DNA from: Okamejei kenojei
Taxonomy: Eukaryota
NCBI GenBank assembly: GCA_035221665.1
Contig: CM069162.1
Location: 25,606,001-25,670,000 of the forward strand
DNA length: 64,000 nucleotides
Reading direction: 5' to 3'
Part shown: one piece after another, positions 53,319 through 63,232 of the stretch
Numbering within the stretch: the stretch's first letter is position 1
Layout: each line of letters starts with the position of its first letter
Position numbers and translations under genes: made by a program
The notes under the pieces: generated by a model
The model's input: the letters and a program-made list of their open reading frames with translations, nothing else
What the model was told of the DNA's origin: nothing
Databases searched by the model: none

Positions 53319-54019
53319 GAATTGTTATATATAAATTGTATCTGCTTCTTGTGTCCACAAGTATATTTCCTGAATGTTCTCACGTTTAGTGGTAGAAAGT
53401 GCTGGGGAATGGTTTATAAAGAATGACATTATCTTGACAACCATGTCTTTTGAAATACAAGGGATAAAAGCAAGAAGATAAGAATTTGATATCAATATTT
53501 TGGATTAAAGGGAGTTATTGATCTGCCAAACTTCCCACTTCTCCAGGAGGCAGTTGATAGAATTCCTAGATTACTTGCAAGTGAGAGACAAAATTTGTAG
53601 GAAAGAACTGCAAATGCTGGTTTAAACCAAAGATAAACACAAAAAGCTGGAATAATGCAGCAGGCCAGTCAGCATCTCTGGAGAAAAGGAATAGAAGACG
53701 TTTTGGGTCGAGATCCTTCTTCTGAATTGTCAGTTTCCATGAATGGTTTTAGCATAAATCGGTTTGGGATCAATGTGCATGAGGCAATGAACACCATGAA
53801 CATTCATAGAGAAATTAACAAATTACGTGTTTTAAATGCAGATGTATCTTACTTTAGGAGTATAATTTTTTTTTAAACAGATCCTAAGAGCAAGAAGTTT
53901 TTCTAGCTTCCAGCATTAATATAGCGTATGTCATTTTCTCTGGCCAACCCCAGAGTATTTCACAGCCAGTATTTCACGGCAGGCAAAACCAGAAGTTTAT
54001 CCGTGCATTCTAACTATCC

Positions 54020-54290
54020 CTGACACAGCAACATATAAAATATATCAGATAATAGTAATGTTGATTAAGGAATAAATATTGATATTGATACCCATGGTCT
54101 ACTAGTAAGTCACTGGGTCTTTTCATCCATCTGAGAGGGTTGGTGCAACATCTTACCTAATAGACTCCCTCAGTTGTACACTGGATTGTTACCCGAGATT
54201 ACATGTCATATCTTAGTAGTGAAACTTAAGACAATTTAATTCCCAAATATGGGAATACAGTACTAACGGTTGAGGTGAAATCCAGTGTGA
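54020..54290 (-). mobile_element. DeuSINE (SacSINE1-like) relic
   Basis: tgggtcttttcatccatctgagaggg...actccctcagttgtacactgg...gattacatgt resembles the reverse complement of the Deu domain and tRNA-derived head. Recognised from memory, not searched. Confidence 0.45.
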
Positions 54291-54373
54291 GAACAGAGAG
54301 ACCAGAGATTTACATTAATATTGATGAAGATTCGTAGAAAATACTTCATAATTACTAAATATCGAAACAGAGT

Positions 54374-54712
54374 GTTTAGTTTAGTTTATTATTGTCACGT
54401 GTACAGTGAAAAGCTTTTTTTTGCTGCTCACTATCCAGTCAGCGAAAAGACTGCATGATGACAATCAAGTTGTCCACAGCATACAGATTCGGGTTAAAGG
54501 GAATAATGTTTAGTGCAAGATAAAGTCCAGTAAAGTCCGATAAAAGTTTGTCCGAGAATCTCCAATGAGGTAGATGGTAGGTCAGGACTGCTCTCTAGTT
54601 TGTGATAAGGTGGTTCAGTTGTCTGATAACAGTTGGGAAGAAACTGTCCCTGAATCTGGAGGTGTGCGTTTTCACACTTCTGTACCTGTTGCCTGATGGG
54701 AGAGCAGAGAGT
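54374..54712 (-). mobile_element. Rex1/Babar-type LINE 3' end
   Basis: Minus ORF ends LPSGNRYRSVKTHTSRFRDSFFPTVIRQLNH. The tail has an (CTAAA)n microsatellite (gtttagtttagttt on +). Confidence 0.8.
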
Positions 54713-56033
54713 GGATCATTTGTGGACTGGGTGACTGCTGCAAGGTTTTGATCTTCGTCAAATATTTGGTTAAGGCAATCAAGTGCAACATGGTCAGGTT
54801 TACTGATGATACAGCGATGATGCCAGCAATCGTTACAAGGAGGATGCTCAGTGGCTTCAGAGATAAATAGACAGATTATGTGAATGGGCAAGGATATGGC
54901 AGATAGAAAAATATGCAGAAAAGTAACTTTTGTATAAAATTAGAAAAATAGAGCATTTTTAAATGGTAAAATATGAAATGGTATTAGTGTTTGGAGGGGC
55001 CTGGGTGACCTTGGGCACAAATCACTGAAGGTCAACCCATATGTAGGTACAGAAAATTAGGTAGACAATTTTAGAGTCATTGAGTAATATAGCACGGAAA
55101 CAGGTTCTTCAGCCGAATACATCCATGTCCATCTAAGCTTGTCCCATTAGCTCTCAATGAGACATAACCCTCTAAACCTTTCCTATCCATCTACCTGTCC
55201 ACAAATCTATTAAATATTGTTATTGTACCTGTCTCAACCATTTCCTCTGGCAATTGTTCCATCTTGCACCAACCTCTGTAATAAGTTGCCCTTCAGGAAC
55301 CTTTTAAACGTTTCTCCTCACACCTTAAGCCTATGCTCCTTACGATTTTGCACACCTCTATAAGATTGTTGCTCAGTCTCCGACACACCAAGGAATAAGG
55401 TCCGCGCCCTAGAACTCAAGACCGCGAATTCCGGCAAATTCTTACAAATCTCTTTTCCACTCTTTTCAGCTTAATGACATCTTTCCTATAGCAGGACAAC
55501 CAAAACTGTACACAACTCTCCAAATGTGGATTCACTTACATCTTGTACGACTGCAACATAACATCCCACGCTTCCACTCAATACTCTAACTGATGAATGC
55601 CCGTGTATCAAACACCTTCTTCACCATCATCTACCTGTGACACCACTTTTTAAAAAGTATGTAACTTGTGCTCCCAGGTCCTTCTGTTCTACGACATACC
55701 CGAGGCCCCTACCTTTCACTGTGAAGTCAGTTACTAGCTTGACTTTCCAAAATAGAACATCTCACACCTCTCTGAATTTTTATCCATTTGTCATTCCTCG
55801 GCTCACTTATCCAGCTCCTCAAGATCTCGCTATAATGTTTGCCAAATATCTTCACTGTTTATGATACCTTCTATTTTAGTAACATCTGCAAACTTACTAA
55901 CTATGCCTTGTACATTCTCATCCAAATTATTTAAATAAATGACAAATAAACAATGGAGTCAGCACCAATAAATTTGGCATGCCAATAGTCATGGTTCTCC
56001 AGTCTGAAAAATAACCTTCCTCCATCACCCTCT

Positions 56034-56380
56034 AGACTGTGGAACAGCATCCCCCTCCCCAATAGAACTGCCCGCTCCATCGACTCCTTTAAGTCTTGTC
56101 TAAAAACGTATCTGTTCTCCCAAGCCTTTCCTGACGTCCTCTGAGCGAGGGCTATTTGTATATATGTATGTAGCCTGCTTGTGTATACTACTCTTATAAC
56201 AAATGTAAAGCACTTTGGTCAACGAGGGTACACAAAAGGCTGGGGAAAATCAGCGGGTGCAGCAGCATCTAAGGAGCGAAGGAGATAGGCGACGTGTCGG
56301 GTCGAGACCCTTCTTCAGACTAGTCAGGGACGAGAGTTGTTTTTTAAATGCGCTATATAAATAAATGTGACTTGACTTGA
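56034..56380 (+). mobile_element. L2 LINE 3' end
   Basis: RLWNSIP...IDSFKSCLKTYLFSQAF C-terminus, tgtaaagcactttg...gcgctatataaataaa stem-loop tail and (GACTT)n terminal repeats. Confidence 0.75.
56227..56330 (-). mobile_element. Short Penelope 3'-terminal copy with a mutated hammerhead core, nested in the L2 tail
   Basis: Close reverse complement of 59478-59581, flanked by a duplicated (a)cgag. GAAA is mutated to GACA. Confidence 0.85.
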
Positions 56381-56829
56381 CTGCTTCCTACCAAGGAGCC
56401 AATTGTGTATCCAGCTAGCATCTAATCTTCCAGACTAGCCTACCATGGAGGACCTTGGCAAATGGCTTGCAAAATACCATTTACACAACAGTAGCAAGTT
56501 TTTGGAACTATATTCACAAGAAAATTGTGCAGACTCGTTTGCGGAGTATATTCATAACTCACTAGATTTCTAGATATTAAACAAATAATACTAACTGAGA
56601 GTGCAGGAAAGTGACATTGTGGCAAATTATCAGTCATGATCTTATTGAAAGATGGAACTGGCCTGAGAGGCCATATATGGCTTTCACTACTTTTATTTCT
56701 CAGGAGACACATTAATGGGAAGAAAAATACGTATGCTTCTTCATATATCTTTAGATAGATATGTTATGTGGGCTTCCCACTCTGAAAGTGTTACAATGCA
56801 CCTGCTCAAAGTTCTAACTACGCCTCAAT

Positions 56830-57700
56830 TTAAACAAAACCTGGGACAACTTTTATAATATCCCTTTCAGCTGTTTGGGGGCATGTGAAGTGAAACTCAA
56901 CATAACCGCACAGCTCAGAATTAACAGATTGCTGATACGGTAGCCATCGCAACACATTGTATTCAACGCAACACGAGCAAGTGTAGCCTTTGTGGATTGG
57001 CTGGTGCCCCCGGCCTTAGAGACTGTTGCCAACAACATTCCCTGCCGAAATTAACTGCAGATCCCGGGATACGAGTCGGTCCCACCGAACCTGTGAGCCA
57101 GGTAGGAAGTGGGAAATTTCTCATAGGTTACTCCCAGATTTGCAAATTTGTTACAATAATCTAAACCTAATCTCGTAAACATTTCCAGTGCAGTCTCCAT
57201 CAAACAATTTCACTGCATCGATTCATGCATTACAATTCAAAATAATTTAAGGCTACTTCAACCAAAATTATTGCAAAAAAACTGAAGTCCCCATTTCTTG
57301 CCCGGTTCAGTTTACTGGAATTTCTTCATCTGAAAAAATTCCCCAAATATTTATAAAATTCCACTGAAGCTTCAGCAATAATCAATGCCAGTTCTTACCA
57401 AAGATCCTATAGCTGGTTCTTAGTAATATTAGTTACCGTTGTGTTATATTTTGCTCTGTTGGACGTGTCGTCGATGCTTAATATTTCTGAATTAAAGAAC
57501 CAAAGTCAGTTCGAAACGGCATCGTGCAAATGCGCCGCGGTAACTTTCAGCGAGATTGGACAGGACGCTGGCCTGGGCACGATCTTGGAGCAACCGCGAT
57601 ATGAGGGAAATCACTCACACTATCCTGATCACTGTCCAGTGATTCTAAGGGCTTTCGAATAACAATCGAATTTAAGTAAATCCTCCACAGATGAGAAACT
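56830..57700 (+). promoter_or_regulatory. Putative ODAD1 promoter / non-coding first exon region
   Basis: Non-repeat CpG-enriched patches (about 56900-57100 and 57460-57600). Forkhead-like TAAACAAA at 56831. X-box-like GTTGCCAACAAC at about 57025 and CTTGGAGCAAC at about 57584. Candidate donor CCAG|GTAGGA at 57101/57102. The ODAD1 ATG exon has an acceptor, so an upstream exon is required. Confidence 0.4.
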
Positions 57701-58089
57701 GAGTGATGTTTAAAACGCACTTTCCAAGAAACATTTGGTCAGATGTAAGAATTTAGACGAATATATGGGCTAAATACGTCCCAAATAGGACGAGCCTAGA
57801 ATGCTAACATGGTCGGCGTGGTCAAGGCGGGCCGAAGGGCATACAGCTCTAAGACTCTAATATACATTCACCTCCCATGGGATCTTCTTATTGCAAGTCA
57901 GGAGATACCATATCTGCCATTTTCCATCCTCCCTTCTCACTTTACTGGGCCTCAAACTCTTAAGAATTTTTTTTATTATAAGAGGGTTGCATTACAAAAT
58001 TAGATAGGATTCGCTGTAACTATTGGAGGATGGTGAGATCACAGAAAAATTACTACAGCAATGCTTTTTCTCCCTCCCGTCTATATTCA

Positions 58090-59581
58090 GTCATCATGGG
58101 CCCCAGCTACGCCTGCCTCTTTGTCGGGTACGTCGAACAATCCTTGTTCTCGGTGTACCAGGGCCCCATCCCCGACCTCTACCTCCGTTACATTGACGAC
58201 TGCTTTGGTGTCACCTCCTGCACCCACACACAACTGACTGACTTCATCCATTTCACCACCAACTTCCATCCGGCACTCAAATACACTTGCACCATTTCCG
58301 ACATTTCCCTACCATTCCTTGACCTCACCATCTCTATTGCAGGTGATACACTCCTGACCGACATCCACTACAAACCAACTGACTCCCACAGCTACCTGGA
58401 CTACCCTTCCTCCCACCCTGATTCCTGTAAGGACTCCATCCCCTATTCCCAATTCCTCTGCCTACGCCGCATCTGCTCCCAGGATGAGGTGTTCTACACC
58501 AGGTCATCACAAATGGCCTCATTCTTCAGAGAACGGGGATTCCCCTCCTACACTGTAGATGAGGCTCGCACCAGGGTCTCGTCCATACCCCGCAACACTG
58601 CCCTCTCTCCCCATTCCCCCACTCGCAACAAGGGCAGAGTCCCCCTGGTCTTCACCTTTCACCCCACCAGCCGGCAAATACAACACATAGTCCTCCGCCA
58701 GTTTCGCCACCTCCAACGTGACCCCTCCACTCGCTACATCTTCCCATCTCCCCACCCTGTCTGCCTTCCGCAAAGACCGCTCCCTCCGCAACTCCCTTGT
58801 CAATTCTTCCCTTCCCTCCCGCTCTACCCCTTCCCCGGGCACTTTCCCTTGCAACCGCAAGAGATGCTACACTTGTCCCTTCACCTCCCCACTCCACTCC
58901 TTTCAGGGACCCAAGCAGTCCTTCCAGGTCCGACAGAGGTTCACCTGTACCTCCTCCAACCTCATCTACTGCATCCAGATACTGCAGATGCCAGATGATC
59001 TATATCGGTGAGACCAAGCTGAGGCTTGGCGATCGTTTCGCCGAACACCTCCGCTCGGTCCGCAAAAACCAACCCGACCTCCCGGTGGCTCAGCACTTCA
59101 ACTCCTCCTCCCATTCTGTATCTGACCTCTCGGTCCTGGGCCTCCTCCATGGCCAGAGTGAGCAACACCGCAAGTTGGAGGAACAGCACCTCATATTGCG
59201 CTTGGGGAGTCTGCATCCTCTGGGCTTGAACATTGAATTTTCCCAATTCTGTTAACCCTTGCTGTCTCCTCCCCTTCCCACCTCTCACTCAGCCCTCGGG
59301 CCCTGGCATTCCCTCTCTTTCTATCTCTCCCCCACCCTAGTCGCACTAGCTTCTCATTTTCACACTACAAACAGCTTACAATGGCTTGTTCCCTTTATCA
59401 GCGATACTTTTTTGCATATCTTTCATTCATTGTTCTTTATCTCTCCACATCACCGTCTATATCTCTCGTTTCCCTGATCCCTGACCAGTCTGAAGAAGGG
59501 TCTCGACCCGAAACGTCGACTATCTCCTTCGCTCCTTAGATGCTGCTGCACCTGCTGAGTTTCTCCAGCCTTTTGTGTACC
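58090..59581 (+). mobile_element. Penelope-like retroelement (RT + GIY-YIG endonuclease), 5'-truncated
   Basis: RT C-half: MGPSYACLFVGYVE...LYLRYIDDCFG...LPFLDL...HYKPTDSHSYLDY..SHP. After a frameshift near 58750: CNRKRCYTC...FTCTSSNLIYCI / IYIGETKLRLGDRFAEHLRSV...GLNIEF* (stop at 59255). Pyrimidine-rich 3' region with a hammerhead motif. Confidence 0.93.
59486..59521 (+). ncRNA. Minimal type I hammerhead ribozyme motif (Penelope-associated)
   Basis: CUGAAGA-A-GGGU(CUCG)ACCC-GAAA-C-GUC at 59490-59517: both catalytic-core boxes, a stem II hairpin and palindromic ACGU leading into the GUC cleavage triplet. Confidence 0.7.
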
Positions 59582-59598
59582 CTCCCTCTACTTACAGT

Positions 59599-59792
59599 TG
59601 TAGGAAGGAACTGCAGGCGCTGGTTTAAACCGTAGATAGACACAAACTGCTGGAGTAACTCAGCGAGACAGGCAGCATCTCTGGAGAGAAGGAATGGTTA
59701 ACATTTCGGCTGGACCCTAAACATCACCCATTTCTTCTATCCAGAGTTGCTGCCTGTCCCACTGTGTTACTCCAGTATTTTGTGTCTATCTT
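59599..59792. repeat. Two Penelope-tail-derived short elements in inverted (fold-back) arrangement
   Basis: agatagacacaaactgctggagtaactcagcgagacaggcagcatctctggagagaaggaatgg (about 59635-59697) pairs imperfectly with ccatttcttctatccagagttgctgcctgtcccactgtgttactccagtattttgtgtctatct (about 59728-59791). Confidence 0.8.
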
Positions 59793-60184
59793 CCCTTGTG
59801 CCTCCTTTAGGCATATCTTTTCCAATTACCAGACTCGTTCTCAGCCAGCATCACCTCTAATTTCACCAATGTGTGTTCTCGTCTCCATCCTAGTAACAAG
59901 CACTCTATGTTCTCACAATGAACACTCCCTATGCTCTCTCTCCATCTCTAATCTTCCTCTGCAATCTAAAATATGCATGTTTTCTAGTGTTGCCAAGATC
60001 TGATCAGATCTTAAAATATCAGGTTTATTCTGTTTCCGTCTCTACAGATGCTTCCTGACCAGCTGAAAATGTCTAGCATCTGCAGTATTTTCTGCTTTAT
60101 GACAGAATTTCTATAAGCAGTTATTTTCTCCACATGAAGGAAAGATATACTTGCCTTGTGGGCAGTTCAGAGAAGGTTTGAAAG

Positions 60185-60835
60185 CATTATGAAAGTAAGC
60201 ATGCAGGTACAGCAGGCAGTGAAGAAAGCAAATGGCATGTTGGCCTTCATAACAAGAGGAGTTGAGTATAGGAGCAAAGAGTGAGACCACACCTGGAGTA
60301 TTGTGTGCAGTTTTGGACCCTTAATTTGAGGCTATTGAGAGAGTGCAGCGTATGTTTACAAGGTTAATTCCCAGGATGGCGGGACTGTCATATGCTGAGA
60401 GAATGGAGCGCTTGGGGTTTGTAAACTCTGGAATTTAGAAGGATGAGAGGGGATCTTATTGAAACATGATTATTAAGGGTTTGGACACGCTAGAGGCAAG
60501 AAACATGTTCCCGATGTTGGGGGAGTCCAGAACCAGGGGCACAGTTTATGAATAAGTGGTAAGCCATTTAGAACGGAGTTGAGGAAACACTTTTTCACAG
60601 AGTTGTGAGTCTGTGGAATTCTCTGCCTCAGAGGGCGGTGGAGGCCGATTCTATGGATACTTTCAAGAGAGAGCTAGATAGGGCTCTTAAACATAGGAGG
60701 ATATGGGGACATAGGGGATATGGGGAGAAGGCAGGAACGGGGTACTGATTGGGGATGATCAAGCCATGGTCACATTGAATGGTGGTGCCGGCTCGAAGGG
60801 CTGTATGGCCTACTCCTACACCTATTGTCTATTGT
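60185..60835 (+). mobile_element. CR1 (HER1-type) LINE 3' fragment
   Basis: MKVSMQVQQAVKKANGMLAFITRGVEYRSK...VRPHLEYCVQFW...RRMRGDLIE, with tail ggctcgaagggc...tggcctactcctacacctattgtctattgt. Confidence 0.9.
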
Positions 60836-61336
60836 TTGCTAGATTACCTCCATGTTGCCAGGGGTTATATTATAAGGAAGAAATAAGCAGATTGGAGTTT
60901 AGATGAACTCCTTTGGTTGGTTGTTGCTGTGAGCATGTTAAAGAATCTTCTGTTAAAGAATCATTGGGTAAAATCTCAGGATAAGATAACGACCATTTAG
61001 GACTCAGACACAGAGAGATTAGCTCTCTCCGAGGTCTGTGAGACAGAATAGGAGCCTGAAATCTTAAGTATACAGAAGTCTGTATGCAATGCCTTGATTA
61101 TTTGTGTAATTTTGTAGGTGTGGAACTGAACGGATAAGAAAACCATTGCCAGCATTGTCTGCATTTCAAAGGTCTTTTCCGACATTTGTTACAACCTAGC
61201 GAGCAGACAATCACATGTACCTAATAAAGTTCTTGCTTTAAAGCTACAACTGATACTAAATGTGCTATTCTGAGGCGTTGATTTTCGAGATATTAGACAA
61301 ATCATGGTTGGTGGGGACCAGACAGAAACCAATGTC

Positions 61337-61427
61337 TGAGGAAGGGTCTCGACCCGAAACGTCGCCTATCTCCTTCGCTCCTTAGATGCTGCTGCACCCG
61401 CTGAGTTTCTCCAGCCTTTTGTGTACC
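61337..61427 (+). mobile_element. 91-bp Penelope 3'-terminal copy carrying a hammerhead core, with a 10-bp target-site duplication
   Basis: Nearly identical to 59491-59581. Flanked by aaccaatgtc (61327-61336) and aaccaacgtc (61428-61437). Core CUGAGGA...GAAACGUC at 61336-61363. Confidence 0.85.
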
Positions 61428-61599
61428 AACCAACGTCAAGGCCAGATTAGTCATGATTTATTAATAATTGGAGCAAATGGCCTACTCCTTTCCATCTTCC
61501 TTTCAAGAGAAAAGCATTGCCCTTATATATTTCAAATTTAGTATCGCATTGAAATGACAGGGGAACTCCTAGAAACTGTTGTAACAGGGCTGGACACAC

Positions 61600-61885
61600 T
61601 TGATATGAGTCACAGCATCATATTTGAGAATCAGAAGAAATCCCTTCACACAATGGGTGATTAACGTGTGGGATTCTGCATCACAGAAGGTAGTGGAGGC
61701 CATGTCATGAACTGCATTTTCAATAAGGAGGTAGATATAGTTCTCAATGCCAAAGATATCATGAGATATGGAGGGAAAGTAGGAACACAATATTTAAGTG
61801 GATGATAAACCATGATTGTGGTGAATAGAGGAGTAAACCCAAAGAGTAAAAGACCTACTCCTGCTCCTATTTTCAACATTTCTAT
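61600..61885 (+). mobile_element. Old CR1 3' fragment
   Basis: cttcacacaatgggtgattaacgtgtgggattctgcatcacagaaggtagtggaggcc...acctactcctgctcctattttc. Confidence 0.65.
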
Positions 61886-62260
61886 TTGGTGCTCGCAATG
61901 TGCTCCCTCCTACATTGGAAAAATGAAAACGCAGGCTGGGTAAGCATTTAGTCTGAAGTGCCAGCAGCCTGTCAGTTTAATTCTCCATCACGCTCTGACC
62001 TAACTGTTTTGCCTTTGGCTTCAACAACAACAATCTTGAATCTTGCAAATCTGTCTTGTCTGCAGATCCCAAATATAGGATTAGTATTTGGGTTACTGTG
62101 GAATGTTGATGAATCAAAAATATCACAAAGCTTTTGGACATAGATTGTGTTCGTAGCTCCCTTTATTAACTAACGTGTCCAATGGAAGTAAGCTAGCCAT
62201 TATTGTACAAAACATTATTCCAAAATATGTTTACGTTTCAGAAGAACCTGGATGCACACT

Positions 62261-62324
62261 ATGCCTCGTGGGAGTGCGTCGAGTAATCGTTCCAATGGAA
62301 GTGATGGAGAAATGGAAGGGCTCG
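62261..62324 (+). CDS. ODAD1: Outer dynein arm docking complex subunit 1 (CCDC114), first coding exon (exon spans 62242-62324)
   Basis: Acceptor ttacgtttcag| at 62241, ATG at 62261, translation MPRGSASSNRSNGSDGEMEGL, donor G|gtagga (phase 1). Resembles the vertebrate CCDC114 N-terminus (MP.G..A.S.RS...). Confidence 0.8.
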
Positions 62325-62495
62325 GTAGGAAATTTATGTACCCAGTTTAAATCTCCAATGTGCATGATGACGCAGCACAGGTTGATTTTAAAATCTTAAT
62401 GATGTAGATTAATATTTTGGGGCAGTGGAATAATATCAGATAGATGCAAGTTTTTCTTTGAACATATCTCTAAGATTACATTCATCTCTTTACAG

Positions 62496-62595
62496 CTGAA
62501 AGTGAGTTGGCAAAGCTGCAGCATCAGTTCAGAATCATGGAGGGAGATCGGCAGGCATATACCCTGGAGTCCCAGGAGCTGCTGAGGAAACAGTT
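62496..62595 (+). CDS. ODAD1: ODAD1/CCDC114 second coding exon (coiled coil); the gene continues beyond the window
   Basis: Acceptor catctctttacag|, donor TT|gtaagt. Phase 1 to 2. Translation AESELAKLQHQFRIMEGDRQAYTLESQELLRKQ(L/F) matches the CCDC114 'EL.rLQrQ...MEG(E/D)R.AY' motif. The paralogue CCDC63 is a less good fit. Confidence 0.88.
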
Positions 62596-63232
62596 GTAAG
62601 TGTCACCAGGGTACAGGATTCCATATGCAACAGATTGATGTTATTGTAGGACTGCTAGTTGGGATGTATGTGCCCAGGTAGAAATACTGTTTTGATAGAA
62701 ATTACTGTGTAATGAGTCAGTGTCACTTATAACTAAAATAAACCTTTCAATTATTCAATTGGAAATTGCCAGTGAAATCAGAATTGATGAATGGGGGCGG
62801 GTATTCGGATGAAGTCAAAGTCAATTTTATTCGTCACGTGAACATTTAAAGCCAAAACAAAATAGAGAATTTCAACCATTAAAACAGGTTGCACAGGAAT
62901 GTTTCCGTGGTGGTTACTGAAGACAAGTCCAGTGGTTACTCTTATCAGACTTGTGCCATAGCTACACAGGCAGTACCCAGGTTACGCAAGGGTTCCGACA
63001 CAGAGAACTGACCATAAACTGAATTTTCCATGCCAAAATTAAACAATTTACCCCAATACTAAAATATGTGTAGATATTAAAATCTTTGATGTATGGATGT
63101 ACAAAGTCAAAATACCTTGGCAGCCTTGGCAGCAGTTTGGCTGCAAATTGTGTTTGGAAGTATAATGATTAATTGAATACCCATTTTAATATGTCCTCCA
63201 TAATTGTACTGCTGAGTTTAAACTATCGACGA

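Larger units (their letters stand above)
55072..56480 (-). mobile_element. CR1 LINE 3' fragment hosting nested L2 and Penelope-tail insertions
   Basis: The tail agagtcattgagt...agcacggaaacagg and the RT-antisense motifs (caaaactgtacacaactctcc, gtaacatctgcaaactt) are CR1-like. The host rejoins across 56034-56380 (catcaccctct|gcttcctacca). Confidence 0.7.

Noticed and set aside
44897-54000. Assorted 60-120-aa ORFs in introns and the 3' UTR
   Set aside because: No motifs, and they are out of frame with the real exons or lie in repeat relics.
56928-57101. Open frame IADTVAIATHCIQRNTSKCSLCGLAGAPGLRDCCQQ... between ag and gt
   Set aside because: Weak acceptor, no recognisable homology and no partner exons. 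More plausibly a 5' UTR or promoter sequence.
58030-58998. 322-aa ORF as a host gene or telomerase-like RT
   Set aside because: It is a 5'-truncated Penelope RT with a chance upstream ATG and a frameshifted Pro-rich end.
62175-62399. 74-aa ORF over the ODAD1 start exon
   Set aside because: Wrong frame. The conserved frame starts at ATG 62261 and splices at 62324.
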